This document shows, piece after piece, positions 18,616 to 28,695 of a stretch of 64,000 nucleotides of DNA (its first letter is position 1; each line of letters begins with the position of its first letter). The notes under the pieces are model-generated. The model did not search any database, was not told the origin of the DNA, and worked only from the letters and a program-made list of their open reading frames with translations. The translations under genes were made by a program, and so were the position numbers. This DNA comes from a virus. The stretch is from positions 18,535 through 82,534 of the IMG/VR virus record IMGVR_UViG_3300023174_000133; one strand, given 5' to 3'.

Positions 18616-18867
18616 CTACGCGAGTGTTCTCGTAGAAATCCACGTCTGTAAAACGCCGATAAAAGCTTTACGAACGTCAGAGGATTCCAGTCCTTCTAAA
18701 ATTCCTTTTGCCTCTGTCGCTTCCACGATTTGCTCTTCTTCTGTCAATCCGTCTCTTGACATTTCTGCAGAAAATGAATCCATCGCTACGATGGGTAGAA
18801 GCATGTCTTCGACTGATTCTGTGGCTTCAACTTTTAAAATAAACGTATCGATTCTTTGAGATGGCAT
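18616..18867 (-). CDS. Hypothetical protein
   Basis: GGAGG SD and ATATTTA box upstream. Confidence 0.65.
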   Translation of the reverse strand: MPSQRIDTFILKVEATESVEDMLLPIVAMDSFSAEMSRDGLTEEEQIVEATEAKGILEGLESSDVRKAFIGVLQTWISTRTLA

Positions 18868-18893
18868 CCTAACCTCCGGATTTAAATATCAGT

Positions 18894-19115
18894 TTAATTA
18901 TTGATTTTCTCTTCTGCGATCGGGTCTAAATCATCACCCATGAACACGTAAGTTTCACCATCTCCAAATAACACCCACCAGTCTCCGCCTTGCCGAAGGT
19001 CCCATTCTGTAGCGTCATCTATCTTTCTAACTACGAATCCTACACCCATGTAGCGTAACTCTTCGTCGTACGCTTTCACGAGCATTCCGGATTTGATTTT
19101 TTTATTTTTAGTCAT
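18894..19115 (-). CDS. Small SH3/KOW-like protein
   Basis: IKSGMLVK...GFVVR...WWVLFGDG. Confidence 0.65.
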   Translation of the reverse strand: MTKNKKIKSGMLVKAYDEELRYMGVGFVVRKIDDATEWDLRQGGDWWVLFGDGETYVFMGDDLDPIAEEKINN

Positions 19116-19333
19116 TTATCTAAATATGGATAGTTCCATTCAAGCTCATTCCACTTTTCGAGCTTTCCCTCGTTCGTCATGACTGAAAAATACACGAGAT
19201 CTTCATGACCTATGGTCGGCAGTGGCTCATGAATTTCGACGACGATACCATTTAATCTATCTTTTAGAAATAGACTGTAATACTGGACTATCTCGCCGAC
19301 TTTTGGAAGTCGTCGCCCAGTACTATTTTGCAC
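19112..19333 (-). CDS. Small SH3/KOW-like protein
   Basis: PKVGEIVQ...GIVVEI...FSVMTNEG. Confidence 0.65.
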   Translation of the reverse strand: MQNSTGRRLPKVGEIVQYYSLFLKDRLNGIVVEIHEPLPTIGHEDLVYFSVMTNEGKLEKWNELEWNYPYLDK

Positions 19334-19985
19334 CCGATTCCTCCTCTAACCTCGCCATGACCCGACCTAAAACCGTCTTTCTAATCCCTGGATTGATATG
19401 TAGGATGTGTGGCATCATGGTATGACGTATGTAATTCCGGTCGTAATCTGTGTCATCATTAGAAGGGTCTTGGGCCCATTGGACGCTGTTTTTATTTGCC
19501 CATGCGATGAGGTCATCTCGAGTAGTTGAGAGGAAGGGGCGAATAAATCTTTCTCTTTTTACTGGAATCGCCTTTGGGTTCCCTCTTAACGAGGTCATGA
19601 CCCACCATTCTACAGCATCGTCGAGGTGGTGACATGTTACGATAGTGCCTTGTCCCGTAGATTCGAACCACTCGTAGCGAGATTTACGCCAGAAGTCTTC
19701 AGGTGATTGATTTTTCTCGCACTCTCCGTCGATTTTCCCGACGAGAAGTGGAATATTCCACGTTTCGCAGTATTTTTTAACGCAAGCCTCGGCTTCTTCT
19801 GCGTGTTTTGTCCCGTGGTTGAAGTGTAGGACGGTTAATTCTTTTTTGCCGCGACGTAAAAAATCAAGACAGGCCATTGAGTCCCTACCACCAGAGACAG
19901 CAATGGCCGTTTTAATTGGAATTTTACACGCCAAGTGAATCATTTTGGAGAGCGTGGAAGGGAGTGACCGGTGTACTTCGAACAC
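19323..19985 (-). CDS. tilS: tRNA(Ile)-lysidine synthase, catalytic domain only
   Basis: PP-loop AVSGGRDS, HFNHG, RKSRY, HHLDD, RPFL, DPSN, RNYIRH. Confidence 0.92.
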   Translation of the reverse strand: MFEVHRSLPSTLSKMIHLACKIPIKTAIAVSGGRDSMACLDFLRRGKKELTVLHFNHGTKHAEEAEACVKKYCETWNIPLLVGKIDGECEKNQSPEDFWRKSRYEWFESTGQGTIVTCHHLDDAVEWWVMTSLRGNPKAIPVKRERFIRPFLSTTRDDLIAWANKNSVQWAQDPSNDDTDYDRNYIRHTMMPHILHINPGIRKTVLGRVMARLEEESGAK

Positions 19986-20203
19986 TCTTCTGTCACAATC
20001 GCAGGACCACTGTCAGTTTCGAAAATCTCACCAGATTCTGAGCATGAACAGACAACGCATCGATCGCCACATCGCCAGAAAGTACCAGGTTCGTGTTTGT
20101 ATCCTCGACTATCAACGCATGCAATGGCATCGATTGCTGTATCGAACGTGTCATTTTCAATCTCTTGATTCGCGCATGCAAACAAGAAGAGTAACATTGA
20201 CAT
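19940..20203 (-). CDS. Lipoprotein with Cys-rich VWC-like domain
   Basis: MSMLLFLFAC lipobox; CVDSRGYKHEPGTFWRCGDRCVVCSC. Confidence 0.65.
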   Translation of the reverse strand: MSMLLFLFACANQEIENDTFDTAIDAIACVDSRGYKHEPGTFWRCGDRCVVCSCSESGEIFETDSGPAIVTEECSKYTGHSLPRSPK

Positions 20204-20221
20204 TTTCTTCTCTCTTTTTAA

Positions 20222-20455
20222 AGGGGCCCTGGGTCGCATCACGTCTGGTGCAAACCCTTCCAGTTACTTGTGATTAGCTGTCGCCCGGGACCAGGCGAAG
20301 TCGAACAAAGACACTCCGACGACCAAGGAGGGATTGGGTACACGCAGCCAATCCCCTGCGACGAGAACGGTAAGGAAACAAATCCAAACTCAAAGTGGGA
20401 CCTTGCGGGGTCGTCGCACTCTTTTCTCGATTTTAGCCGGCAAAAAGCCGACTGT
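20222..20455 (-). ncRNA. Candidate structured non-coding RNA of unknown family
   Basis: GC-rich stretch of about 235 nt with at least six helices, directly downstream of tRNA(CAT). Confidence 0.5.
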
Positions 20456-20484
20456 AACAGTACTATTTTATAGAACTATATAAG

Positions 20485-20561
20485 TGGTAGGGCGTCTCGG
20501 ACTTGAACCGAGAACCCGCGGCTTATGAGACCGCTGCTCTAACCGATTGAGCTAACGCCCT
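20485..20561 (-). tRNA. tRNA(CAT), probably Ile2
   Basis: Anticodon arm GCGGT-CT-CAT-AA-GCCGC; CCA; fully paired 1:72 and no GGG/CCC anticodon stem, so not an initiator; body resembles bacterial Ile2; tilS nearby. Confidence 0.85.
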
Positions 20562-20635
20562 TCGAAACTAAGTTTTAGCGAATCAACAAATTCTTTTTTA
20601 TTTCTTCGTGTTCGTTACCAACCAAAGACTTAGAT

Positions 20636-20664
20636 AATATAACTTATTTCTCTCTGCTTTACAC
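20636..20664 (-). promoter_or_regulatory. Early-type promoter upstream of tRNA(CAT)
   Basis: GTGTAAA-N16-TATATT. Confidence 0.6.
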
Positions 20665-20672
20665 GTCTTTGA

Positions 20673-20984
20673 TTAAATTTTCTTATTTATTTTTTCGCCG
20701 TGTTCAAGTGTGTAAGTCACTACCGAAGCGTTTCGAGTGTAGATGTCCAGTCGAACAAAACGAAAGTTACTAGAAATCAAGTCTAATTGCTCAATATCTT
20801 TATTCTCTATCGCGTGAAAACTTGAAAAATACGAGACGTTTTTTGATGCTCGTTTTTTATCGCTTGTCTCTTCTGCCTCGTCAATCGCTTCATGTGAAAT
20901 AAGACCTGGTTTAAACTTTCCTTTTCTAAATCGGGACATGTCGACCACAAAGTCAGGAAATAATTCAATAACGTTGAAGCTCAC
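20673..20984 (-). CDS. Hypothetical protein
   Basis: ORF with GGGG SD-like site. Confidence 0.55.
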   Translation of the reverse strand: MSFNVIELFPDFVVDMSRFRKGKFKPGLISHEAIDEAEETSDKKRASKNVSYFSSFHAIENKDIEQLDLISSNFRFVRLDIYTRNASVVTYTLEHGEKINKKI

Positions 20985-21032
20985 AATATGAATCCCCTAC
21001 TAATTAAATTATTGTATTGAACGTTCGAGATA

Positions 21033-24000
21033 TTAATACTTAATCCACGAAATAGAGTCCAAGAATATAGTACCACCTGGTGTACTTAAGATATATACAT
21101 CACCGTCTGACTGTACTGCGATAGCAGCTACGCCAGAAGATGTCGGAACTGAAAACACGTGTGTTTTATCAGGATACAAACCAGTTGTAAGAGTCGATAT
21201 AACGGTGTGATTATTACCGCCTGTGACAGCTCCTGATAAGCTTACACGACCGGTCACATCTTTAGAAATCGAAGCATCATCATAATTCCCGCCAGCGTTT
21301 GACCATCCATTTTTTAGGTTCAAGGCAACTTTTTTCCTTGGAGAAGCGGGAACTGTTAAAAGATCGTCAGAGATGATACATGAACCATCGAAGTAAGTTG
21401 AACCTTCGGTCGCTTTAGAATCATATCGACCGAAGATGTCTCCGTTAGTTGAAGTTCTATATACGTCATTTTCAAGCGATAATCTATATTGTTGAGCCCA
21501 ACCCGCTGGAAAAATCGTGTATGGTGCCTTCGCTTCTTGGATATCTTGGGGCGTAGTAGAAGACATGAGCGCTGTATTAGCCATAACTTTAGAACCCTTC
21601 GAAGCCCAAATGTCCCAGTTCCAGTCCGCCCCAGCAGGAGCTCCTACTACATTAGTTCTATAAATCGGCCCTAAATAAGATGGAGAACAATCCTCTAAAC
21701 GAAAGGCGTACGCCGTCTCATCAAACCAGTTCCAATGCCCACCTTGTGGGTTATAAACTACTTTCGACGAAGTTATATCAACGCCCATCATTTCGCGCCA
21801 GGTATTACCTGCCCTAAGATTAAGAAGAGAATTCGAAGCCACTACGAATCTATGAGATATTCCACCGTATCCAGATGGGGTAGAACCGTAGAATATCACT
21901 TGCGTTCCTAATACACCGTCGACTGCGACTCCTTCCATCTCGAGAATTCCCGTGTGTCGACAAATCTGCCAGAACCCTTGATTATAACCGCCACCGTGTG
22001 GAGCGAAATAACTTCTTCGTAAATATAAAATTCCACCATTTCTACAACATAAATTTAAATCTCGCCATTCAACGCCTACGACAACAACCTGTGAACCACC
22101 TGTAATATTAAGCATCGGGCTATCGTAATTGTAAGGTTGCGTATTATTGTAATCAGTAGAACCAATCGTGTATGGATTTCCTTTAAAAAATTTAACGCCT
22201 GTTAATATAACATCGACAAACTTTAAATCCCAACAATTAGAAATGAATTGAAATCTATCGAATGAATATTCAAGAGTAGTTAGGTGTTTAATTAAACCGA
22301 GCGTTTGACCCGGGGTCAAAAGACCAGCTTCATAAATTTCGCCTGGCCGTTCAGCTGCACAATATAATACGTTTCCGACGTTTTTAGAAACGATTAACCG
22401 TCGATACGTAGGCTCGTCTGCATTATTAAACTGTAACAGTCTTCCGCGCCAGGCGTCGTTCTGCAACGTGCTACCATCTATAGTTACAATGATAGGTCCA
22501 ACGCTTAAGTGACCCGTTCTTTGAACAGATAAAATTGTTCTATTATCTTCTATAGCTATTGTGCCTCTAATCTGTGTAGAGTGCACACCTTCTATAGAAG
22601 GTATACGATAAGTTCCTGGTCCAATTTCTATAAATTTAGAGGGAACTCCATGTCCATCACCAATTTGAAAAGAGTTGACGAGACCATTGGCTCTGGTAGG
22701 TACATCTTTGAATCGTTCCAGAGCCTCATTTAACGTTTTTATTTGAGATTTATAGTGTCTACCATGATTCGCATCATTTCCACTTGAGGAAACATAAAGA
22801 ACCTGTTCTCTATCCGAGACTTTCGTATGAGTCCCGGAAGTTTTTTTCATTTCTTTTTCAATCCACGATGTTAATTTTTCTAGTTCAACTCTTGTTAATT
22901 CTCTATTAAACTGAAAATAGAATCTCATATCGACGTTATCGATATCAACGCTCGAATTACCTGAACCGTAATTATTCATACCAAACATGACGAATCGATA
23001 GTTTGAAGGGTCGCCGATCTTTAAATCGTCGAAATCCATAGCAGTAGGAACTTCCTGCGGATTCCAGCTTCCGTCAGAATTATCTCTTAAAGGACCGCCG
23101 AAACGATTTTGTTCATAAAATGAAGTTTTATTTGCATGATTGATACAATTAGTCAAAACGTGCCAATTACCATCAATCACATCATTACCCTGAAATACGA
23201 TACCTGCCCCGCTCGCTTTGGCAGTTATAAACGAAGTGTGATTTTGTTCAGTATGACCAGGTTGCGCAAGATAAAAACTCCAACCTGTATTAATAGTTCC
23301 TTGAACGAATGGGTAATCTGTGTGACTTATTAGTAATTGTCCATTTGTTCTGGCTCGCGCAGTAGATTTAATAACAGTGACTATCGTAATGCCATTTTCG
23401 GATAGACCAAGATTATTATTGGGAGGCTCTATGTGCATGCGTTGATTCCAAGAACGAACGCTGACGACGGGAGCGTCGCCAAAACCTTCAGTCGCTTGTA
23501 GTATGTTAGGTCTATTCGCGGCCGTTGGTTGAACGAGAAGTCTACCTGCAGGACTTCTATCTCTCCATGATTCAACTTTACCGTTAATGTCGAGTGTAAT
23601 TCCGACGTTACTATCGAACCAAAGTTGCAAACCAGGTATATCAAGTGGAGACCACTGCGTGTCTATCCACTGTTGTAAATTAATATCGCCCGACGGGACT
23701 TGAACAAGCGAAATACTATTCGCGGACGTAGGAGAAATACTCGGGACCGAAGTAGCCGCCCACTGTGTTCCATTCCAAACTAATGCCTTGCCGTTATCTT
23801 GTTGTCCCAACGTAGCGTTTGAAACAGCATTCCCTCTTATAGCTTTTACGTTCGGATTCGGAAAATTGCCATCTAAATCACCGGCAGCTATGCCCGTTGA
23901 TGGACCAGTCGCACCTTGCGCTCCATTTTGACCAGCTGCGCCTTGAGGACCTTGCGCGCCAGTTGCTCCTTGAGGGCCGGAGATACCATCGATACCTCTT

Positions 24001-24389
24001 GCACCCTGAACTCCTGTAGCTCCCGTATCACCTTTAGGACCTTGTGGACCGGTCGCGCCTTGTGCACCTGTAGCTCCCGTATCACCTTTAGGACCTTGTA
24101 CTCCTGCGCCTTGTCCTGATGGTCCTTGCGGACCTTGCTGTCCCGGATTGCCCTGTTCGCCCTTAGGACCTCGTAATCCTTGCGATCCACGAGCACCGGC
24201 AGGACCCTGAGGCCCTTGTCTACCTTCGACGAGTGTATTAAAATCTACAGCATTAGTGCCCTGATTTTTAAACTGTAGTTGACCACCTTCGTTGATGTAT
24301 ATCGAAGCAGATACACTACCACTTTCGAAATTTAAAGAACCACTATTGACTAACGTGATATTGTTATTTCCAAATCTAAGCTTAGACAT
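21033..24389 (-). CDS. Collagen-repeat tail/head fibre protein with LamG-like and beta-rich domains
   Basis: About 36 G-X-Y triplets; [15 protein letters not shown] (LamG-like); [13 protein letters not shown]; C-terminal LKNGWSN...GRVSLSGAV...IFLDSISW fibre domain. Start chosen at MSKLRF. Confidence 0.8.
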   Translation of the reverse strand: MSKLRFGNNNITLVNSGSLNFESGSVSASIYINEGGQLQFKNQGTNAVDFNTLVEGRQGPQGPAGARGSQGLRGPKGEQGNPGQQGPQGPSGQGAGVQGPKGDTGATGAQGATGPQGPKGDTGATGVQGARGIDGISGPQGATGAQGPQGAAGQNGAQGATGPSTGIAAGDLDGNFPNPNVKAIRGNAVSNATLGQQDNGKALVWNGTQWAATSVPSISPTSANSISLVQVPSGDINLQQWIDTQWSPLDIPGLQLWFDSNVGITLDINGKVESWRDRSPAGRLLVQPTAANRPNILQATEGFGDAPVVSVRSWNQRMHIEPPNNNLGLSENGITIVTVIKSTARARTNGQLLISHTDYPFVQGTINTGWSFYLAQPGHTEQNHTSFITAKASGAGIVFQGNDVIDGNWHVLTNCINHANKTSFYEQNRFGGPLRDNSDGSWNPQEVPTAMDFDDLKIGDPSNYRFVMFGMNNYGSGNSSVDIDNVDMRFYFQFNRELTRVELEKLTSWIEKEMKKTSGTHTKVSDREQVLYVSSSGNDANHGRHYKSQIKTLNEALERFKDVPTRANGLVNSFQIGDGHGVPSKFIEIGPGTYRIPSIEGVHSTQIRGTIAIEDNRTILSVQRTGHLSVGPIIVTIDGSTLQNDAWRGRLLQFNNADEPTYRRLIVSKNVGNVLYCAAERPGEIYEAGLLTPGQTLGLIKHLTTLEYSFDRFQFISNCWDLKFVDVILTGVKFFKGNPYTIGSTDYNNTQPYNYDSPMLNITGGSQVVVVGVEWRDLNLCCRNGGILYLRRSYFAPHGGGYNQGFWQICRHTGILEMEGVAVDGVLGTQVIFYGSTPSGYGGISHRFVVASNSLLNLRAGNTWREMMGVDITSSKVVYNPQGGHWNWFDETAYAFRLEDCSPSYLGPIYRTNVVGAPAGADWNWDIWASKGSKVMANTALMSSTTPQDIQEAKAPYTIFPAGWAQQYRLSLENDVYRTSTNGDIFGRYDSKATEGSTYFDGSCIISDDLLTVPASPRKKVALNLKNGWSNAGGNYDDASISKDVTGRVSLSGAVTGGNNHTVISTLTTGLYPDKTHVFSVPTSSGVAAIAVQSDGDVYILSTPGGTIFLDSISWIKY
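24013..24099. repeat. Two exact 33-bp copies (period 54 bp) in the collagen region
   Basis: CCTGTAGCTCCCGTATCACCTTTAGGACCTTGT at 24013 and 24067. Confidence 0.85.
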
Positions 24390-24420
24390 GAGTATCCTAA
24401 TTTGTTGACAGATATACCTA

Positions 24421-24699
24421 TCAATCAAGGACATCTATATTCGGGTCTATTGGCAACGATTCTGACATTCTTAAAGCATGATCGGCTGCGTTTTTAAATG
24501 ATTCGGCCATCCATCGACGAGTGGTAATCGACTGTCTTACGTTTTCTTTGGCAAGCATGCCGTTTTCACAAGCTTTAAGCTCGAGTTTTTCTGCGTCTTC
24601 TCTATAAGACGAATACATTTCCATCGCCCACTTCGCGAAGGAAATAAGTCCATCACGATTTCCACGTTGATACGCGGTTAGAACGACGTCACTTTCCAT
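24421..24699 (-). CDS. Hypothetical protein
   Basis: ORF overlapping the upstream gene. Confidence 0.6.
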   Translation of the reverse strand: MESDVVLTAYQRGNRDGLISFAKWAMEMYSSYREDAEKLELKACENGMLAKENVRQSITTRRWMAESFKNAADHALRMSESLPIDPNIDVLD

Positions 24700-24907
24700 A
24701 CTTCATCTCGATTACGCCCGGGTTTCTTTCTTCGCAGGCGCAGTCGTAACCATTAATGCCTTGCTTTACGTGATAAGCGAGAGGCATACACATAGAATGG
24801 CATTCTTTTTCAATTTCTTTATTTTTAGAATGCATTATGAAGAGAAACATGAGTATTAAGACTACGAAAAATGCGACTTCGATGAATTCTTGTCTGTCTT
24901 TGCTCAT
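24689..24907 (-). CDS. Small membrane protein with Cys motif
   Basis: One TM helix followed by C..C...CAC. Confidence 0.65.
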   Translation of the reverse strand: MSKDRQEFIEVAFFVVLILMFLFIMHSKNKEIEKECHSMCMPLAYHVKQGINGYDCACEERNPGVIEMKYGK

Positions 24908-24942
24908 GATTCACCTAAAATATTTATCAAACGCGTCTACTA

Positions 24943-25104
24943 CTACGCATGAACTGATACAAGTCGACCCGTGCCGTTAAATTCATTTTGAATTTTAGCA
25001 ATCGCCTCGAGGACAGTAACGTAAGTCCTTTGAGGCCTAATGACTTCTTCGCGCGCGGGTAAAGAAGGCACTTGATAGTATTGCTGGATAAAATTGACTT
25101 GCAT
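24943..25104 (-). CDS. Small hypothetical protein (53 aa)
   Basis: Not in track; GGAG SD; MQVNFIQQYYQVPS...GTGRLVSVHA. Confidence 0.5.
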   Translation of the reverse strand: MQVNFIQQYYQVPSLPAREEVIRPQRTYVTVLEAIAKIQNEFNGTGRLVSVHA

Positions 25105-25113
25105 GTTTTCTCC

Positions 25114-25323
25114 TTATTCTTTTCCTAAAACACGACGGCAAATATCTCGCCAGATCCCATTAAATTGTTGTCGAAGTTCCCTGGATTTTGGGGGAAGTAA
25201 GTGTGAAGTTCCAATAGCAATATTTCTAAGTTCTTGTTTCGTTAAGTTCGGGTGTAATTCTAACATTTTCTCGAGAGCTTCATCATCAATGGCCAGTTCT
25301 TCTTCGAACGTCAAAAAACGCAA
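25114..25323 (-). CDS. Hypothetical protein
   Basis: GGAGG SD before a TTG start. Confidence 0.6.
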   Translation of the reverse strand: MRFLTFEEELAIDDEALEKMLELHPNLTKQELRNIAIGTSHLLPPKSRELRQQFNGIWRDICRRVLGKE

Positions 25324-25367
25324 TAAAACCTCCCAGTAATTTATTATAGGACAGTTATGATAGTTTT

Positions 25368-25751
25368 TTAAACATTTCTATTAGTAGCTGATTTTATGAA
25401 TTCTATCGTAGTCTGGAGATTAGCAACTATCTTGGTCGCTTCGTGTGTCGCGTGGACCCATTCTTCGTGCGATTCTGGTCGTGTTTCTTCTTTTAAGATG
25501 AAAGTGAGAAGATCTTTAAATAGAGTGACCTTCTCAGTATTAGTTTCTATAGGAACTTCGATGATTCTCGTTTCTAATTTTTCACCACGAAGTTTTTCTT
25601 CAAGAGATATTATGTAATTTGCTTGTGAACGAATCACAGACAATAAATCCACAGGAGCAAGATACTCGTGTAAAGGATTTGATTGATAGTGAGTCTGTGG
25701 TGGACATGCAGTTGAATCATGTCGTCGACCACAAAATGAGCAAAAAATCAT
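25368..25751 (-). CDS. Hypothetical protein with N-terminal Zn-knuckle
   Basis: CSFCGRRHDSTACP (CCHC). Confidence 0.65.
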   Translation of the reverse strand: MIFCSFCGRRHDSTACPPQTHYQSNPLHEYLAPVDLLSVIRSQANYIISLEEKLRGEKLETRIIEVPIETNTEKVTLFKDLLTFILKEETRPESHEEWVHATHEATKIVANLQTTIEFIKSATNRNV

Positions 25752-25758
25752 ATTATTT

Positions 25759-26031
25759 TTAACGATTCTCTGGAGGAAGCGCGCCCAACGCTTCGTCTTT
25801 CATCATTTTTACTTTCGCGAGGACTTTATCGATCATGGGTTTTGACATCCCCGCCGCGGCGAGAGCTGACACGAGAACAGCCGGTGCAATCATACCGAGA
25901 TCCATGCCCGCCATCGAAGAGCCAACATTGCTGAAAGCAGCTGCGACTTCTGGACCCATTTCGTTTAACTTTTTCTTTGCAACAATTTCTTCGCGAATGA
26001 TCTTACGAAGTTGTGACTCTGTGATTTTCAT
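25759..26031 (-). CDS. Tagged small protein with hydrophobic segment
   Basis: MKITESQLRKIIREEIVAKKKLNE followed by a TM-like stretch. Confidence 0.8.
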   Translation of the reverse strand: MKITESQLRKIIREEIVAKKKLNEMGPEVAAAFSNVGSSMAGMDLGMIAPAVLVSALAAAGMSKPMIDKVLAKVKMMKDEALGALPPENR

Positions 26032-26282
26032 TTGACCCTCTGGTTTGATTTGTTTTGTTGAGTAGAAGCTAATTTAGCTATGCGATCTTTCATTCGCATC
26101 CAAGTAGAAAAAAGAAACGTACCTGTAAGTGCTGCTGTAATTATTTCAATTGCGTACATCACCTGCTCGGGCGTCGCAGTGGCCTGATTAAATCCACTCA
26201 CAACTTGAGAAGCGACGTCAGCCGACTCGTTAATACTTTTTAATTCTTTTCTAATAGCAAGTCGTAATTCGTTTTCGTTCAT
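26028..26282 (-). CDS. Tagged small protein with TM-like segment
   Basis: MNENELRLAIRKELKSINE; ATAGATA box upstream. Confidence 0.75.
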   Translation of the reverse strand: MNENELRLAIRKELKSINESADVASQVVSGFNQATATPEQVMYAIEIITAALTGTFLFSTWMRMKDRIAKLASTQQNKSNQRVK

Positions 26283-26343
26283 CGTTCCGCCATAAAATTA
26301 TATCTATATAGTATCAACGCATCGGTGTTGAATATTATTCACG

Positions 26344-26643
26344 CTATATTTTATTCTGCAACGAAATATCGATTAGGTGTCGACCATCGAACCAATAGTA
26401 ACCACCACGAATTAATACTTTGAACCAAGACGTCCCGCTAAGATTGTCGCCTCTCTCGACGACCAGGCCAACTTCGTTTTTGTCAGGAGTTATTTGTTTT
26501 TCTTTTGTTGAAGCTCGAATCCACGCATTTTGTAAAGACGTATAGCCACTCAGCGGCTCTAAAAAACCCACAGGTGGCTCGATGTCTATACCGAAGTCTA
26601 CATCCATAAACGAGACTATGTCACCTATTCTGACGTCTTTCAT
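26344..26643 (-). CDS. Small SH3/KOW-like protein
   Basis: VRIGDIVSF...GLVVER...WFKVLIRGGYYWF. Confidence 0.65.
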   Translation of the reverse strand: MKDVRIGDIVSFMDVDFGIDIEPPVGFLEPLSGYTSLQNAWIRASTKEKQITPDKNEVGLVVERGDNLSGTSWFKVLIRGGYYWFDGRHLIDISLQNKI

Positions 26644-27040
26644 TTCTGCTCTGTAAACATGATTCACAAGTCGTCGACCACCATCCAGCAGTATCCAGTT
26701 TACCAGGCGCACCACAATCTTCACACGTCTTACAAGATTCTTTTTCTGCCGTGCCAATCAATTTGTAGATGTAGTCGTCGCCACCGTTTACGTAAAAACG
26801 AAGGCCTCCGAACTTCTCCTTAACTTGCACTGCGACGACTTGAAATTCAGGGGCACCGTTTGTCTTCTTCTCATCGCAATATGTCTGAATGCCTTCACAC
26901 AAATTGTCAATGATTCCATACCACCCATCGCCGTGACAGAATCCATAACACATCAAGGTCGCCCTATCATCGTTAAGAGTCCTGTCTTTAAAAATTAGAG
27001 GATACTTCTGACAAAGCTTTTCATCAAGTTCCGGACTCAT
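26621..27040 (-). CDS. Conserved phage protein with C-terminal Zn ribbon
   Basis: GDGWYGII, QVKEKFGGLRFY, CEDCG, CESC. Confidence 0.8.
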   Translation of the reverse strand: MSPELDEKLCQKYPLIFKDRTLNDDRATLMCYGFCHGDGWYGIIDNLCEGIQTYCDEKKTNGAPEFQVVAVQVKEKFGGLRFYVNGGDDYIYKLIGTAEKESCKTCEDCGAPGKLDTAGWWSTTCESCLQSRNERRQNR

Positions 27041-27233
27041 TTCTCTTCTCCTCGATAAATTTCGAAAGCTCACGAGTTAAAATTTCATTCAAAGATGCGT
27101 CGTCACCAGGTTCCAGCCCAAACGCACGGTAAAACTCGTCATCTCTTTCTGACTCTATTTTAATTTCGACACTCGTCCTATTAAGCTCGACGCTCTTCAA
27201 CCAGTCTGGATTCTTACCCTTCATTTGAGACAT
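27024..27233 (-). CDS. Hypothetical protein, paralog of 27214-27420
   Basis: EFYRAFGLEPGD vs QFYASFGLKLGD. Confidence 0.65.
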   Translation of the reverse strand: MSQMKGKNPDWLKSVELNRTSVEIKIESERDDEFYRAFGLEPGDDASLNEILTRELSKFIEEKRNESGT

Positions 27234-27420
27234 CTTGCTTTTGGCTCATGAAATTTTCTAAGGCCTGTATGATTACATTTCGCAGCCCTTCTTCATCGCC
27301 TAACTTAAGACCAAAAGAAGCATAAAACTGTTCTTCCATTCCATCTTCGATCTCCAAATCAAACGTCCCGTCTTCGTTTTCTACGATGCCTTTGAGTCCT
27401 GGTACTTTTTGATCACTCAT
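27214..27420 (-). CDS. Hypothetical protein, paralog of 27024-27233
   Basis: Shared FY..FGL..GD...L..I motif. Confidence 0.65.
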   Translation of the reverse strand: MSDQKVPGLKGIVENEDGTFDLEIEDGMEEQFYASFGLKLGDEEGLRNVIIQALENFMSQKQDVSNEG

Positions 27421-27718
27421 TTTTGTTCTCCTTTTTACTCTTGAAATTTTTGATTAATTCTTCGATGTATTCGGTATCGATTTCTATTTTCTGGTGGTCT
27501 CGATCAGGATTTTTTGCCCAATGTGATTGTAACCATGCTTCGACGATCTTACGCCAGACAGTAACGTCGATTCCAACGATAAGTTCTCCACACGGAGAGC
27601 TCCGGTATTCTACATCTGATACTTTACTTTCAATTTCAAGCCACACTTTGTCAGTGTCGAAACACTCTTCGTATAGATGATAATCGTCTCCGTATCCAAT
27701 CGTGCAGCGGGTGCTCAT
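27413..27718 (-). CDS. Hypothetical protein
   Basis: MSTRCTIGYGDDYHLYEECFD; GAGG SD. Confidence 0.65.
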   Translation of the reverse strand: MSTRCTIGYGDDYHLYEECFDTDKVWLEIESKVSDVEYRSSPCGELIVGIDVTVWRKIVEAWLQSHWAKNPDRDHQKIEIDTEYIEELIKNFKSKKENKNE

Positions 27719-27931
27719 TTTCTTTGACCTCTGTAATATATTTTTCGAATTCTGTGTTGAAATCTTCGACCAACATTTCAACATAAGCTGCTAATACAAT
27801 AGTAACAAATAGAGCAGATAATGAACACGTCAGAGAAGAAATAATGCATGAAAAAATACGAGACCTTAGGGTAGGCTTTTCCATACAAATTTACCCCCAT
27901 ATTTAAGAATATATAGTATCAGAAGGACAAT

Positions 27932-28693
27932 ATGAATAAATTTTCTTTAGGTGTATTCGCGGGTGGATACAAACCATTCACGCTCGGACATTTTTCTATG
28001 CTTGCGTTAGCAGCTAACGAAAATGATAGGGCAGTTTTATTATACGGTTTGTCGGCCCGTGAAACGCCTGGTTCTGAATTCGAATACACTTCGCAAATGG
28101 CAAAAGAAATATTCGAAATAAACAAAACTGCGATAGAAAGAGAGATGGGTAACGTCGAAGTTTTAGAAGCGAAACCAACGCCCATCGCTGCAGTCTTTCT
28201 AACAATTGAAGCGATGAAAGATAATATGACTTCGGGAATAAACCCGTTAGTTCAACTCGGAATAAATCCAGCGTCTATCTCAAAATTGACAATTTACGAC
28301 GGCCCTGATGATATCACAAGATATTCAAAATACGCAGGCGACCCAGTAAAACGAGAAAAATATTTCGGTGATATGTTAGAGACGGGACGAATTAGGTTCG
28401 ACAGCGGCCCAGGAGAATCCCGAGGATACGCGGGAATGTTGGCTGTCGTTAAAAAATGGGCAAAAAAAGACATGAGCGATGTAGATCTCCAACAAATTCG
28501 TGGGACAGCTATTAGAAAGATGGTCGCATCGGGAGCTGGACTCGAAGAATTTAAGAATGTAATACCACCGATTTATAACGACGAAGAAGCCTCGAGAATA
28601 TTCGAAATTATGAAAACTGGTGTGAAAAATAAAATACAATCGAATGTTTCTGAAACACTTAGGGCGACCATTCGCGCCTTGATTATGGGATAA
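27932..28693 (+). CDS. HxGH-class nucleotidyltransferase (cytidyltransferase-like) with C-terminal tag
   Basis: FAGGYKPFTLGH; IRGTAIR (ISST.IR-like); ends VSETLRATIRALIMG. Confidence 0.75.
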   Translation: MNKFSLGVFAGGYKPFTLGHFSMLALAANENDRAVLLYGLSARETPGSEFEYTSQMAKEIFEINKTAIEREMGNVEVLEAKPTPIAAVFLTIEAMKDNMTSGINPLVQLGINPASISKLTIYDGPDDITRYSKYAGDPVKREKYFGDMLETGRIRFDSGPGESRGYAGMLAVVKKWAKKDMSDVDLQQIRGTAIRKMVASGAGLEEFKNVIPPIYNDEEASRIFEIMKTGVKNKIQSNVSETLRATIRALIMG

Positions 28694-28695
28694 AA

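Noticed and set aside
20222-20455. tmRNA, RNase P or SRP identity for the structured region
   Set aside because: No tRNA-like ends, no GAGGAAAGUCC-type P4 motif and no SRP domain IV motif seen.
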